Below, piece by piece: positions 51,501-64,000 of a DNA stretch of 64,000 nt. The stretch spans positions 10,480,001 to 10,544,000 of the forward strand of contig NC_087438.1 in assembly GCF_036321535.1 (NCBI RefSeq). The letters are read 5' to 3'. A program made the translations under genes and the position numbers. The stretch is from Camelus dromedarius. Lineage: Eukaryota. Positions within the stretch are counted from its first letter, which is position 1. Each line of letters opens with the position of its first letter. The notes beneath the pieces are model-generated. The model was given only the letters and a program-made list of their open reading frames with translations, did not search any database and was not told where the DNA came from.

Positions 51501-54500
51501 GAAGATGCTTTCTTCTAACCAAAGATACATGTCATCTTAAGCAGATTTCTCTGTTGTAGCTAATTTTTTTTATCAGAGGCAAAAGAAATGGATACATTAG
51601 GCTATTTTTAGCTTTGCAAATCATAATACATATTAGTACTGAAATATTTCAGAATTGTTGGTCAATCAGAAGCATTCCTGTGACTTTAAGACACTGGTAG
51701 GGAAGCAAACATGGGTGATTTCGCCGTTTTGCTTTAACTTCTGTTTGAAAACCATAGCTTAATTTATAGATTGTGACATAAAATCCTCTCAGTTAGGCTG
51801 AATTTTCCTTTGAGCCTTTTACTTTCAGGGGCTATTTAGATTTATGGACTTAATTGACATAATGAATTTGAATTTTTTTATGCTTTCTGAGAAACTCTGG
51901 TGCAAATAGCATTCTACATAATTAAACATGTAAGATATGCCCCATGAAATAAAGCACAGTGTTCCTTTTACTTTGCTAACAGGATACGTTTGGGTAGGAC
52001 CATCTGCCATGTTACAAGTGGTCGGCAGAGTGTGCTTGGTTTCTGATCAGCATTAGAATCTGTCGTGTGGATGAGCGGTGGGGCTTCGAGGTGGCTTTCC
52101 TGACTAATCTGAGTCATATGGAAATTCTCAAGTGCTCTTTCTGATTTCTTCCCTTTTCTGTATATATCAGCCAACAAATGGTTTTCTCTTGGGAGCATAA
52201 TCTAACTGGTTGGTCACAGTGGTATTACTTTGTCATCTAACCTTTGTTCAATGCCAAGAGGCCTGTGTCGGAGAGAAAAAGCACGTCATACTTGCCTGTG
52301 AGTACAGTATGAAAGTTTATTGAACTTCTCCTGCTCTCACTCAACCAGAGGACTTGTCCACGTGTTGACTTTGCAGCCGCCAGCCACTTTTCCATTGATT
52401 GGAGCACTTTCTTGACAGGGTCTGTTTTGTTGTTTGTCTTGAGCAGGTGACTGGTGCACCACATGTTTCTTGTTCGAGGTGCCAGTGCAGGAAGGTGCCC
52501 ACGCTTGGTTGTTGCCCTTGATCTGTCTATGTTTTAACCACCAGTTGTCCCATGCACCTGCCTATAGATGCTGTTCCATCCCTGTTCTCATTCTGGGCCT
52601 TCCACCCGGTCTTCCTTCAGAAAGGCTTCACTGACATTGGTCTTGTTGAGTGAGCGAGTGGGTGGTGCCAGCACGACCTAAAGAAGTTGGGGTGGAACCA
52701 AGTGCGAGTATATAGAGGGTGGTGAGGCCTACAGGGGCTGGCAGTGCACCCGATGGTGGTGGGGTACCCCGACTACCTCCCCCAGAAGCGGGGGTTTCTC
52801 CATCAGCAGATACTGCTGGTGGTGTGACTGTAATAAGTAAATGTCTTAATATCTATTAGCACACGTGCTTAAGACAAGCAGATCCAGTGATACTTAACTG
52901 TATTTTTACAAAACAAGAGAATCTTACAGGAGTTTTTGTATGAAAATCTCTGCCCATTTCCTACCTGTCTTCCTGCTACATCAGAATAACTTGTATCCTG
53001 TCATTTTAATTAAACCATGTTTGCTGTTAGAACTTGCTATAAATTGTTTGGGTTTAAACTGGGGTAGCCTTGCTATTATAAACACAATAACCATCTGACG
53101 ATGAACCTGTCTCAGTTTACCTTGATCCTTGGTCTTTCTGAAATGCCGAGGGTCTCTTCTGACTGCTAACTTGTGTCTAGTGACAGTCATATTTCCTCGT
53201 GTCCGTGGGAACACAGAAAGGGTATTCACAGCAGGTAGGCTGGAGGGAATCTAGGTTTAGCATTATTAAGGTCTCCTGAGCTGCCCAGGCTCTGTAATAA
53301 CCCACTTCTTCAACTTTGGGAATCGGACAGGTCCTGGGACACCTAAGTTTGTATGTGAATCTGTAGACCCAGAACCAGCCTTGGCACACAGCCTGCAGGC
53401 CGCATGCTGTACTAAACATCTCTTGACCTCAGCATGCATCTCATCCAGAGTTCTGTGAGCCCAGAGAAGCCACATGCCCGGGAGCTGGCTGCATCTGCTT
53501 CCATTTACGTTTGGAGAGAGGTTCTGTGTAGCATTTTGCCATTGACTGTCTCTCTCTCTGTCTCCCCTAGAGCACACTTGGTTTCAGGACATTAAAGGTA
53601 AACAGAAGCACTAGACCGAGACCCTCCCCTTAGGCTAAGTTCAGTGGAGGAGAGCCCAGATCATGCTTTCTGCTTCTGCTCGGCCCCTCTGGCCTTGCTC
53701 TGCCCACTGCCCTTCTGACAGTTGGGCCACCCCTCCCCTCCTGAGGTTGTGCTCGGATCCTTGTGTGTTGTTCATGCTTCTGTCCAGATCCCAGTCTTGG
53801 TGTTTGACTGTAGTGTGATCATCTGACCCTGACCCTGGTCTCAGATGGGGCTTGTTAGTGTCCTTTGGGGCAGGGGTCCTTTGGTTCCAAGTTTGCTAAA
53901 TTTTAGAGTGTCTCTGACGGCTGGGACTTGTGACAGTGTTTGCCTGGAGTAGGATGGACTGTATGTCAAAACTCCTTTTATGAGGTAGTTTGGGGATGAT
54001 TCATTTTTGTTATTTGCTATCCCTTTAATCATGGTGTTGATTTCAACAATTGTGGACACTTGCTATAGGAAATTTCAGGCTGTTTTTATAGTTAAGTCAC
54101 AAGTGAAATTATGCCTAAGCTAATTACCTACTTTATTAAATATTTCCATCACTGTTTCCTGTTTAAACCTTGTTTTTTTCCTCACATCTCTCTTAATGTA
54201 ACAGCCGTCCCACCTTTGTGCATAGTGTAAAGGATGGGAATGTGTGTGTGTTATATGTGCTATGACCCCCTGAAAGCACTGAAAGTTATATTCACTGTTT
54301 TCATCTGAGCAAAGAATTTCAACTCCATTCTTTCCTCATAGTTTCTTTTTCACACCTCAGTTTTTGGGCTTTCTCCAGGATCTCCACATCTCTCAGAAGT
54401 ATACAACCCTGCATAATTGCTTTAGCAACAGTTTGGCCCAGGCATGGAAGGACTGAGGAGACAGACTTTTATTTGGGCTTCTCTCTGTGCGTTAGGTCTT

Positions 54501-56009
54501 TGGGGGTCTCCTGAGTAATTCAGTTGAGTACTGTGCCTGCTTTTTGGGTACCTGCACAGTGTCATGTGATGCTCACGTGGTCTCCTGGGCTTCCCTCCAC
54601 CCCGTTTCCCCGCTCAAATCCGTGTAGCCAGTATTTTCTGCTCATTGCACTTCTTTGTGCCCAATTGTGATTTCAGCTTGTTGCCACTTGAGGGCATTTT
54701 AGGTTCTGGTGATAAACCTGAGAACCTAATTGAAGGTTTACAGCAAAACTGCGCACATATTGCTGAGATGCAGGACAGTGTGGGCACAGAACTGGGTGGC
54801 ATTTGGGTGGGTGGTCATCTGCCATCATAGTAAGATGAGAACACAGCCCCCTCCCCCTACTAATGAGTCAGTGTAGTTCGCCATCACTGTGGTAACTACC
54901 TAAAGCGGAATTTACATTCCTTTTGTGGTTTTAGGTTCTTGTAGAGATGAAACCACCTTAGTTTCACATGATTGCTGTAGATTGAGAAGGTGAAAACTTG
55001 AGTTACCGTTCATGAAAGGGTCTTCAGAGTCTTAGATTCCAGGAGAGTGGAGCATATGGCCTCATTTAAAACTGTATAACTGTTAAGCAAGCTCAGGTTC
55101 CAGGTAGGAATTAATTATTTTCTAATGGTCTTTTGACTGGGAGGTGAACTTTTGCTTCCTTTCTGCACTTTGTAGCACTGAAGTGACATGCCTGTGCCCA
55201 GCCTAGTGACATGGATTTTCTGACACAGCCAGGACGTGGGGAGAGGCTGAACTCCTCTGCTGTCATCAATCGAGTCATGTCCCAGCTTGCCTTTCAGACT
55301 TCATAATCTATTGATGATCAGGGGAAAAAATAACAAACGCTCCAGGAAAAAAAGGAAATGGGCAAAGTGACAGTTCAGCTGTTAGTTCTTTAGTGAGCTG
55401 GGCTGTTGCAGCTCCCTTCACCCTGGCTTCTTTCTCTCAGTTGTATTTTTCACTTTACTACATGTATTAGGCAGTTAAACTAGGTACCATGTTGCTTCTT
55501 TCAAAACTTTGAGGATATATGTAAATATCAGAAGTTAAGTTTTATTTTCCTAATCAGTAATGAAGCAGGTTTTTACTGTGTCTTGGACCATCTCACATGC
55601 TCAAAGCACCTTCCTGAGTCAGACATTAGGGCGGTAGGGAGGCCGCCAGTGAGCCCAGCAGCTGCCTGGGCGCTTTACGTGAAGAGCTGGTGCGGACGCT
55701 GCCGCAGCATACCCCTGCCAAGTGCTGGGGAGCGTTCCTGGTCAGGGCTGGAGCCCAGCGAGGCGGACTGAGCCTTTGTGTCCCAACTGAAACCGCCCCT
55801 TCGCTCCAGCAGCCCTCCTCAGGGTGGGGCTTTCCGAGTTCCTGACTTCCACATTTAAGTCCTCCACAACCTAAACACAGGCAGATGTGCAGGAATTAAT
55901 TCTGGAAACGAATGTAGGTTTTATAGGCTTTGTGGTTTCTTACAGCTTGGATCGTGTGATGGATGTTTTGGAATGTTAACATTTTTCTCTCTGTTTCTTG
56001 ATACTCTAG

Positions 56010-56135
56010 TTACCAGAAAAACTCATAAGCAAATACAGCTGGATCAAGCAGTGGAAACTTGGACTGAAATTTGAGGGGAAGAGCGAGAACCTGGTTGATA
56101 AAATTAAGGAGTCCCTCACATTACTAAGGAAGAAG
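56010..56135 (+). CDS. OTULIN: OTULIN coding exon 5 ([42 protein letters not shown])
   Basis: ctctag| acceptor after a pyrimidine tract, AAG|gtttgg donor; 126 nt; found by manual translation (not in the ORF track). Confidence 0.96.
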
Positions 56136-57497
56136 GTTTGGAACATGTAGTTTCCTTTCTCTGATAAGTGTGAGGCTCTCACTCCTGACTGCCCCAGCAG
56201 ACCGCTTCTCAGTCCTCACCTCATGGGTTACCAAATGCTCTTGGCTGGTTGTTAGGCAAAATAATTCTAAATGAACACAAACTCCTCCTGTGAAGTCTTT
56301 GGTAAAATGAAGAAAAATCAACATCGTATACTCTTGGAGGAGATGATATGTTTAGTGAAATGTTTAACTTTGTTTTAAAGGAAATCTTACAAATGTAGTC
56401 TTTGTTCTAAGTCATATTGACAAGTTTCAGGGATATCATTTAGTCCATTACTGACACTTCGTTTGTGCCAGGCTGTCCCCTAAAAGTTTCATGTGTTAAT
56501 TTAGTTCTCCCAACTACCAAGCTGTTTCTGCTGTGGTTGTCCTCATTTTACAGCTGGGGAGATTAAGCCCCTGTGGAAGCCACCAGCTGCTCACTGGTGA
56601 GACCTTTGTTCCATCCTGACCCTCTGACTCTGGAGCCATCTCTTGCTGCCAACGTGGTCTACTTGTGGAAAATACGAGCTCTTCTAGCTTCCCAACCAAA
56701 TATTGCAGAGTCCTGTGGCACGTTCATGACCATTAAAATTTACTTTTGAATTTAAAATGTTAATAGTTTTTGGGAGAAGCAGGAGTTAGTGGCTATTCGT
56801 AAGGGTTAGTTTCATATTGGCATCTCTTACTCTCATTCACTTTAACTTAAAAGCACATGTATTTGTAGGGTTTTCTTCCTCACCTGAAGAGTTTGCCCAT
56901 CTTAGCTGTATACATGACACTCTGCTTTATTCTTCATCAGGAGTCAATAAGAATTTGCTGAGTGGATTTATTCTTTTGAAACTCACATGTATTTTTAAGA
57001 GGGTAGGAGGGTAAGTTTAGTAAACAAATATTCAGGAGAGCCCATAATCTTCCTTGCCTATCTTCACAATCTTCACGTTTGAAGGTTGGCTTGGTGTTTC
57101 TGGGTGGTAACAGCTGCTGTAAGCCCGCTAAGGGGAGGAGTGAGTTTAGCTGCCCCTCACAGCCCCACGCATGCACGTTAGCTCTTCTGTGAGTACTTCT
57201 GATCGACTGGTCCTATCTCTTTGCCTGGGAGGATAGGGGAGTTGAAATTTCCGTTCCATGGCCCCAGAGCTCCTCCTTAGTGCGTTATACTTTTGTTTCT
57301 GGTTAGTGGGGGAGAGCTGGTAAGGAATTTGGGCGGTCTAAAGAGCGCCATCGTTTGAGCTGGAAGCTCGAATGTTGAGCATTGGCACGTGACCCCTGGT
57401 CATCTACTTTTGAAAATAAACTTGTGCTTGTAGTATGGACTTTTACCAGGGACTTACAGGACGAAAGTGTAGTTATTATGCAACTTTCTTATTATAG

Positions 57498-57764
57498 TGG
57501 GCAGGCTTGGCTGAGCTGAGAACTGAAGCAAGACAGATAGCTTGCGATGAACTGTTCATGAATGAAGACGACGAGTATTGCCTCTATGAAGCTGTCAAAT
57601 TTCTAATGCTAAACAGAGCCATTGAACTGTACGATGACAAAGAGAAGGGAAAGGAAGTTCCATTTTTCTCGGTGCTTCTCTTTGCTCGGGATACATCCAG
57701 TGACCCTGGACAGCTGCTGAGGAACCATCTAAACCAGGTGGGACACACTGGTGGCCTTGAACAG
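57498..57764 (+). CDS. OTULIN: OTULIN coding exon 6 ([20 protein letters not shown]...[11 protein letters not shown])
   Basis: attatag| acceptor, CAG|gtgagt donor; 267 nt; contains [15 protein letters not shown] and GHTGGLEQ. Confidence 0.97.
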
Positions 57765-57789
57765 GTGAGTTGTACCTTTGGGAGTATAT

Positions 57790-58285
57790 TAGCCCAGAAC
57801 AGCAGCTTCAACCATCAAACGTTATCTCAGGTTTTGTGGGTCAGAAGTTCAGGAGCAGCATAGTTTGCTCCTAGGTGGCTCTGACTCAGGGTCTCAGAAG
57901 GTTGCAGTTGAATGTTGTTCAGGGCTGCAGTCATCTGGGGGCTTGACTGGGGCCGGAGGAGCCACTTCCAACATGGCGCACTTACCTGGCTGTTGGTAGG
58001 AGGCCTTGGTTCCTCACTGACGGTTAGTGGGAGGGTTCAGTTCCTTGCCATGTGGGGCTTTCCATAGGGCTGCTTGAGAGTCCTCAGAACATGATGGTTG
58101 GCTTCTCTCAGAAAGTGATCCAAGAAGAGAACAAGGAGGAAGCCACAGTGCCTCCCACGATGTAATCTTGGAAGTCACACACCGTCACTTACACCATATT
58201 CTGTTTGTTAGAAGCAAGTCACTTAATCTTTCCAACACTCAAGTGAGGAGTGCCAAAAAATTGTGAACCTGTTTTACAACTAGCA
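57790..58285 (-). mobile_element. MLT1 (E/F-like) MaLR LTR immediately downstream of exon 6
   Basis: gtgggtcagaagttcaggag..ggctgcagtcatctg..cttgactggggc..ccacttccaacatgg..catgtggggctttccatagggctgcttgag..cttggaagtcacac..ccatattctgtttgttagaagc. Confidence 0.8.
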
Positions 58286-58929
58286 TGGTTCTCTCAGCCT
58301 AGGCCTTCTTCTGCAGTGTGGTGGATGGAGGCAGTACCCTTGGCTCCGTTAAGCTACAAATAAGCCAAGTACTTGGAAGAGTCGTCTGAAGGGACTTGTT
58401 TAATTGTGGCAGCTGTAGCTGTGTAGGTAGCATTCTCTAAAAATAGAAATGGAGTCACTTTAGTCAGTAGGGCCCAGCCTGATCTTGGATCTTTTACAGA
58501 TATGCCAAGTTGGAGTTTTACGGAGACCCAATGGAGTACTGTCCTGTGGGCCAGCAGCTGACTCACCACACTTGCACTGTCTGTCTTTGGTGTGTTCATT
58601 AAGTTGCCCTGAAAAGCATAAGCGAGATAGCCAACCACAGAGCGGCAGTAAGGCTCTCCTTCCAGGGGGCTGCCTTCCTGCTTGCCCGACTATCCGTGGT
58701 GCTTGCCTTTCCCTGGTACATGGGAAAGAGCACAGATAGACAATGGTCAGTGCTGGGTCAGACAGGATTGAAGATAACTATTTTAAAAAATTATCTATAT
58801 TCATAATACAGGTTACTTAGGTCTCCTGAACCATAGCAAATACTTTGCAGGAACAAGCCTGGTAGAGCGTGATTTGCATCTTAGACTGAACTTAGTCCTT
58901 TCTGAGTCCCCACAAAGTCTGCTGTAACA

Positions 58930-59955
58930 TTTTTTTAAATAACAGCTTTATTGAAATTAGTATGTTTCATGAAGTGTGTAACCCAGGTTTTTAGTATGTT
59001 TACAGAGTTTTGCAGCCATCACAAGTCTAATTTTAGACCACTTTGTCTAAAGGAAACCCCATACCCGTTAGAACTCATTCCTCCTTCTCCAGCTTTCTGT
59101 TGTTAAAGATTTGCCTATTCTGGGTGTTTCACATAAATGGAACCTAATTAAGTGGCCTTTCACGACTGGCGTCTCTTACTTGGCCTAAAGTCTTCAAGAT
59201 TCACCCATGTTACAGTGTGCATCAGTGCTTCATTCCTTTTTTTTGACAAATAACATTCCATTGTATGGATATGTCACACTTTATTCAGCCATTTGGGTTG
59301 CTGCCACTTTTAGCGATTCTGAATAATCCTGCTGTGAAATCATGTGCAGGATTTTTGTGTGGACATGTGTTTTCGCTTCTTTTGGGTATAGACCTAGGAG
59401 TGGAATTGCTGGGCCATATGGTAATTCTTTGTTTAAAATTTTGAGGAACTACCAAACTTTTTTAAAGCAGCTGCACTGTTTTACATCCCTACCAGCAAGG
59501 TTTCAGAGTCCCATTTCTTCATATCCTTACCACACTTTTTAAAAAAGAATTGAGATGAAGTTTATGTAACACAAAATTAACCATTTTAAAGTGTACAGCT
59601 CAGTGGCTTTCCGTACATGTACAATGTTGTGTGACCATCACCTGTGTCAAGTTCCAAAACAGTTTCATTGCCCTGAGAGAAAACCTTGTACCTGTGAAGC
59701 CGTCACTCCCCGTGATTATCTGTTTGTGGTTATAGCCATTCTGGTGGGTGGGAAGGGGCGTCTCACTGTGGGTTTGATTTGCATTTCCCTGATAACTTTT
59801 CATGTACTTCTTGGCATTTGCATATCCATTTTGGAGAAGTATCTATTCTGTACATGTTCTTTGCCCAATTTTTAAACTGGTTATTTGCTTTTTTGTTGTT
59901 GATTTGTAAGAGTTCTTTATGTATGCCGGATGCAGGTCCCTTATCCGACATATGA
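58930..59955 (-). mobile_element. L1MB-type LINE 3' fragments, antisense in intron 6
   Basis: aacagctttattgaaat..gatttgcctattctgg..ggagtggaattgctgggccatatggtaattc..ttttggagaagtatctatt..gtaagagttctttat. Confidence 0.8.
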
Positions 59956-60144
59956 TCCCTTCCTGATGGTGTGTTTGTTACCTAACAACCCATGTACAGA
60001 GGAGTGGGGCTGGGCCCACGGGGCGGAAAAAAGGCTGTGGCTTTGCCAGGCTCTGTGCTGCCTGGGATGTCAGGGAGGGAGCGGGTGGTGAGCTGCATCC
60101 TTCAGTGGGGCATCCCTCCACACACTTGTTTGCTCCTCCTGCAG

Positions 60145-60339
60145 GTTGAAATGTTCCTTCTTGCCTACGCGGTGTGCCACACCATCCAGGTGTACCGGCT
60201 CTCCAAGTACGGCACTGAGGAGTTCCTCACCATCTACCCTACCGACCCACCCAGGGACTGGCCAGTGGTGACCCTGATCGCCGAGGATGATCGGCACTAC
60301 AACATCCCTGTCCGAGTGTGTGAGGAGACGAGTCTGTGA
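60145..60339 (+). CDS. OTULIN: OTULIN coding exon 7 ([10 protein letters not shown]...[18 protein letters not shown]; catalytic His at 60295-60297, Asn at 60301-60303, C-terminal PDZ-binding ETSL)
   Basis: ctgcag| acceptor; TGA at 60337-60339; HYN catalytic motif and terminal ETSL. Confidence 0.98.
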   Translation, partial: VEMFLLAYAVCHTIQVYRLSKYGTEEFLTIYPTDPPRDWPVVTLIAEDDRHYNIPVRVCEETSL

Positions 60340-63300
60340 GACACACTCAGACGGCCCGGCAATGCGGCCAAGGTGCGCGGGCAGCTCCTCGGCTTGGGCC
60401 TCGGGCCTGCGGGTCCCTGAGAATGACCTCACAGGACACTTGGGCCCTGAGAGCCAAGCTGGACTGGGATTTCTGAAGAGTAGCTTTTAATAATAAGAAT
60501 TAACTAAGTTTTCCCCCTCATCTGTGATGCAGTATGTTTCAGTGGAGAACTTCAGAGCACACCTGTTGAAAGGTGCAGACTGCATCTCCGTAAAACAAAC
60601 ACTTTTGTATCAGAGGAGACTCATTTTGGAGAGGAATTTGTTCTTTATATCTCAAATCAAAAGCCTCTCTAATAGTAAGCTGGCTTTCAAATTTTTTTTT
60701 TTTAAAGATAGTAGTTGTTTGTTGTTTTGGTGGTAACGGGTCTGTGCCGTGCCCTTCTTCCTGTGCAGGCTCCTCACGTGGTAGAATTCTGGGCCAGTCA
60801 TAACATCCTCCGATAGTCTCACTGAAAGCGGTTTGGATTTACATATTGAAGCTATTCTAAGTGGATTATCTAATAGAAGATTAAGAATTGGGTCCAAAAG
60901 TGAGTTATTTCAAGGCTGGAGAAGTTGCTGCTGGAGGAGGCAGTGGCACCAGGAAATCCTTGCTCTGCAGGAACATGACAGGTGCCTGAGGTGGCGGACA
61001 CACCGGGTCTGGTGGCTGGTGAGGCGGTGCGTGGTTGGTGGGCCGGTGCTGCTTGTGGTTGGTTGATCTCTAGAGTCGGGGGCTGTTCGTTATTCTCCAG
61101 TTCCACAGGGTCACCACTTTATAGTCAGAACAGGGCTCAGATCCACCTGCTTTTCTAGAGGAAGCCAAGGCCAGATGACTCAGGCACTCACCTGCGTTCA
61201 GAGATGGCGGTGAGCTGGATCCAGGTCTTTCTGTGCCCTGTTTTTTTGAGCGTGCTTTTGTTGCCAAATTCATGTAACTCATCTGCCGGCAGGGGATGAG
61301 TAACAGCAGAGTGCCTAAGGTTTTTCATGAGTAAGTTTAAACAGAAGCATGTCCTCAAACCAAGTGCAAAAGCATGGCTGAGCTGTGTCTGCCCTATTTG
61401 GTTTGGGAGGCCTGGGGGAGGCAGCGTTCCCAGGCGAGAGTGACTGCCTGCATGGTCATGAGCTAGGGTGGTGCCGGGGAGTGGGGCAGGGCAGCTGAGC
61501 TGAGCATGCTCTGCACTGGGGCCTGAATCGTCCAGTGGGGCATGGACTGCAGACACTGTTCCCAGGAACCAGATAGGTCACTCTTCAGGACTGTATCAGC
61601 AGCACCTGAACTGGTTCAGTATTTGTGGAGGTGATGTTACCCTGAAAGTACCGAGTTTATCTTATAATAATTAAAATCTTCATTTGGTCCAATTTAATAC
61701 AGTTTATAAGCTATCTGATCTGTTTTTTGCCCCCAGAGGGGCAAACCTTTTGTGCAAATGTAAGTTTTGCTTTCACTTAAAAATTAAAACTCTTGGTTGA
61801 GAAAACTCAGAGGACACATAAAACTATGCAGGCTGTTACACTAGTATTTTTCCCGTTACCTCATCAATAATAGTCACCACATCTTGGTAGGTACTTACTC
61901 ATTAGAGTGTTTGGATCAAATTTTGCTCTAAATGTGTGTGAATGTGTTAGAGAGGCTTTGTTTTTTTTACTGTGAAATGCAGTGGTGCCTGAAATAAAGA
62001 GGCACCCAGAAGCCAAATGAAAGTAATAATAATGACTTCTTGTTGACTTTGATGCTTCACTTTATGTAACTTCATTTTTATGTAACTTACAACAGGAAAT
62101 GCCTTCCATTCATTCTTGAACTTTTTAAAAGCATAGCTTCAAATTTTTAGGTTGTATAAGGCAGTAGGGGTCTGTGTCCATCCAGCCGTTGGTTCATAAC
62201 CACTGTTGAATTTAATAATACCAATGATCATCTGTCTTTGCATTTTGAGAAGGTTCCTTTCTATCCCAGAGTTTATTACAAGTGTTCAGCAGTTTGGACC
62301 CTTTGGTCTTGGCAGAAAGGTAATGTCTGCCTTACGCAGGCTTGATTTAGACCTTTGAGTTCATTTAAAGTACATTAAGCCTAAAAGAATTTCCCTGCAA
62401 CAAGTTCCATGGAATTAACACCACTTCTTCAGAACTTTTTCTGGTTTCCCTCCTCACCTGCTGAGCTACTTCTGTGTTTACAGCATCCACTGATCTCACT
62501 CACACCCGGAACAGCGACAGCGGCGGCTGAGCACAAGAGGCCCGCGCGTGGTCTGTCACTCATGATCTAGGCTTGGTGGCATTGGATCTGAAATGTCGGT
62601 TCCTCTTGCTTGGAAGGCAGCACATCTGAAAATGGTTTAAATGCACAGACCAGGATCCAGCCTGCTCTCTTCGTATGGCCGCTGATACTTTGTGCTGTTG
62701 TGTGTGCAGTTAGTGATGGGTGAAAGTTTCCTTTGTGGAAAACAGACCACTGCCTTTGTAGCCTTCTATTATTCTTTTTTCCTCCAATTCTGGAGCTTAT
62801 CAGGTAAAAGCTCAGGCCACGTGAATCTAACACCTCTGTCAGAAAACACATTTGTAGGTTTCTGCGTGCTTGTTTTGGTGATTGTTTGTCTGTTTTCCAA
62901 GGCTGTGTTATTCCTCTTGCGCTCTTCACTCCAAGGTGCTGTTTTACCCAAGAGTCCATGGTCTGCTTTTTGAAGAGCTTCCAGATAATGACGGTCGGGT
63001 GCTGTCTCGCCTTTGGTGACCTGGCACTCCTACCATCGCACCTGGAGACAGGACTCAGACCGACTTTCTGGCTTTGTCTTCTTTTTGGTGTTAAAATAAA
63101 GTTTGATTGCTTTCTCTTTCTTAAGCAAGGCTTTGCAGAGACACTCCCCCTTTGAAAGTGAGAAAGTATTTTCCTAAGTATAAACCTCCAGGGAATCTTA
63201 CTTGTAGGCATACATAAAAATACATAAATGCCTTTTTAAAAAGTTCTGTGACTACTTAAAAACAATAAAAAGGAAGCCCTCAATGTGTGTGAGGTGCTGA
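60340..63300 (+). other. OTULIN: Putative long 3' UTR of OTULIN (end uncertain)
   Basis: Repeat-poor, partly AU-rich sequence after the stop; AATAAA hexamers at 61993-61998, 63095-63100 and 63264-63269. Confidence 0.55.
61993..61998 (+). terminator. Candidate polyadenylation signal AATAAA (first canonical hexamer I noticed after the stop)
   Basis: gaAATAAAga followed ~40 nt later by U/GU-rich sequence (ttcttgttgactttg). Confidence 0.4.
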
Positions 63301-64000
63301 GTCTGACATGTATGTGTAAGTTGTAGAATCCCCAGAGTTGAGCAAAGGCAGGGCCCAAGTTCAAGTAATTTTAAAATCACCTGAGGAACCGTAAGAAGTG
63401 AACTGAAGAAGGAATTGATTTTAGATTAAAAATGCCTTTTAGAAACAAAGCAACAGATGCCTGACAGACCTCCTTGGCTTAAGTTATAAAAGGCTAAAAA
63501 TTTGAACCAATGGAAGGACTTCTGTGTGTGTGGCTACAAATTCCTTTTTCTAAAGTTTAGGTCCCCTGTTAAACAGAAGTAGAATATGTAATGCTTGACT
63601 CTTGGGAAACCACCTTGATGATCTCTTCTGAGAGGCTGGGGAGACCAGGGAGCTAGGGCTGAGTTAGGTAGTGAGAAAAGACACAGGCAACTGACGGTTA
63701 ATACTTGTGTGATCCAGTTACTAACTTGGAGCCATGGAAAGCACAAAACTAAAGTGGTTTGGCTGCCCCTGCCCGGGTAGCAGTAGCAATAGGAAGAAAG
63801 TAGGCTCGGCCGTGACTAGAAGTGGGTGTGTGTGTATGAACGTGTCTGCTCGCTGGTGTGCAGTTACACCGTGACACTCTGTTGTGTGCCAGGCCTCACA
63901 GCCTGAGACCCAGTCACATTTGGGAGGGTGGTGGGAGCTGTCCCATTTGCAGTTTTTTTCATTGTAAATTGAAATTTATTACTGGGACTGGTGGGATGGG

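Noticed and set aside
59992..60144. Intronic ATG in frame with exon 7 (possible short isoform)
   Set aside because: No promoter evidence, and the product would lack the catalytic Cys; most likely chance openness.
62567..63211. Longest ORF in the track (214 aa, minus strand, in the 3' UTR region)
   Set aside because: No recognisable domain, no exon-like context; consistent with a chance antisense ORF. I could not recognise it as part of the neighbouring gene ANKH.

Overview
Mammalian (eukaryotic) genomic DNA, very probably a camelid, based on a tRNA-Ala-derived vic-1-type SINE. The window holds one complete protein-coding gene, OTULIN (FAM105B, the Met1-linear-ubiquitin deubiquitinase), on the + strand: CpG-island promoter at ~32.5-33.8 kb and 7 coding exons (33403-33554, 41187-41263, 46092-46186, 49224-49367, 56010-56135, 57498-57764, 60145-60339). 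All introns are GT-AG. The spliced CDS is 1056 nt (351 aa + stop) and is followed by a long putative 3' UTR. The first ~32 kb is intergenic and rich in fossil transposons (L1, MLT1/MaLR and ERVL LTRs, an ERV-L gag/pro/pol relic, Tigger and hAT-Charlie MITEs, MIR/L2). Nearly all other ORFs in the supplied track are chance ORFs or TE remnants. I found no convincing new biological system. The most interesting observations are (i) lineage-specific changes in OTULIN regulatory motifs (HOIP-binding PIM DMYRDA, D31E at a reported caspase site, a one-codon deletion in the OTU domain) and (ii) a four-level nested transposon stack with visible target-site duplications. Repeat family names and human-protein comparisons come from my recall of consensus sequences, not from a database search. 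Repeat boundaries without a TSD are approximate.
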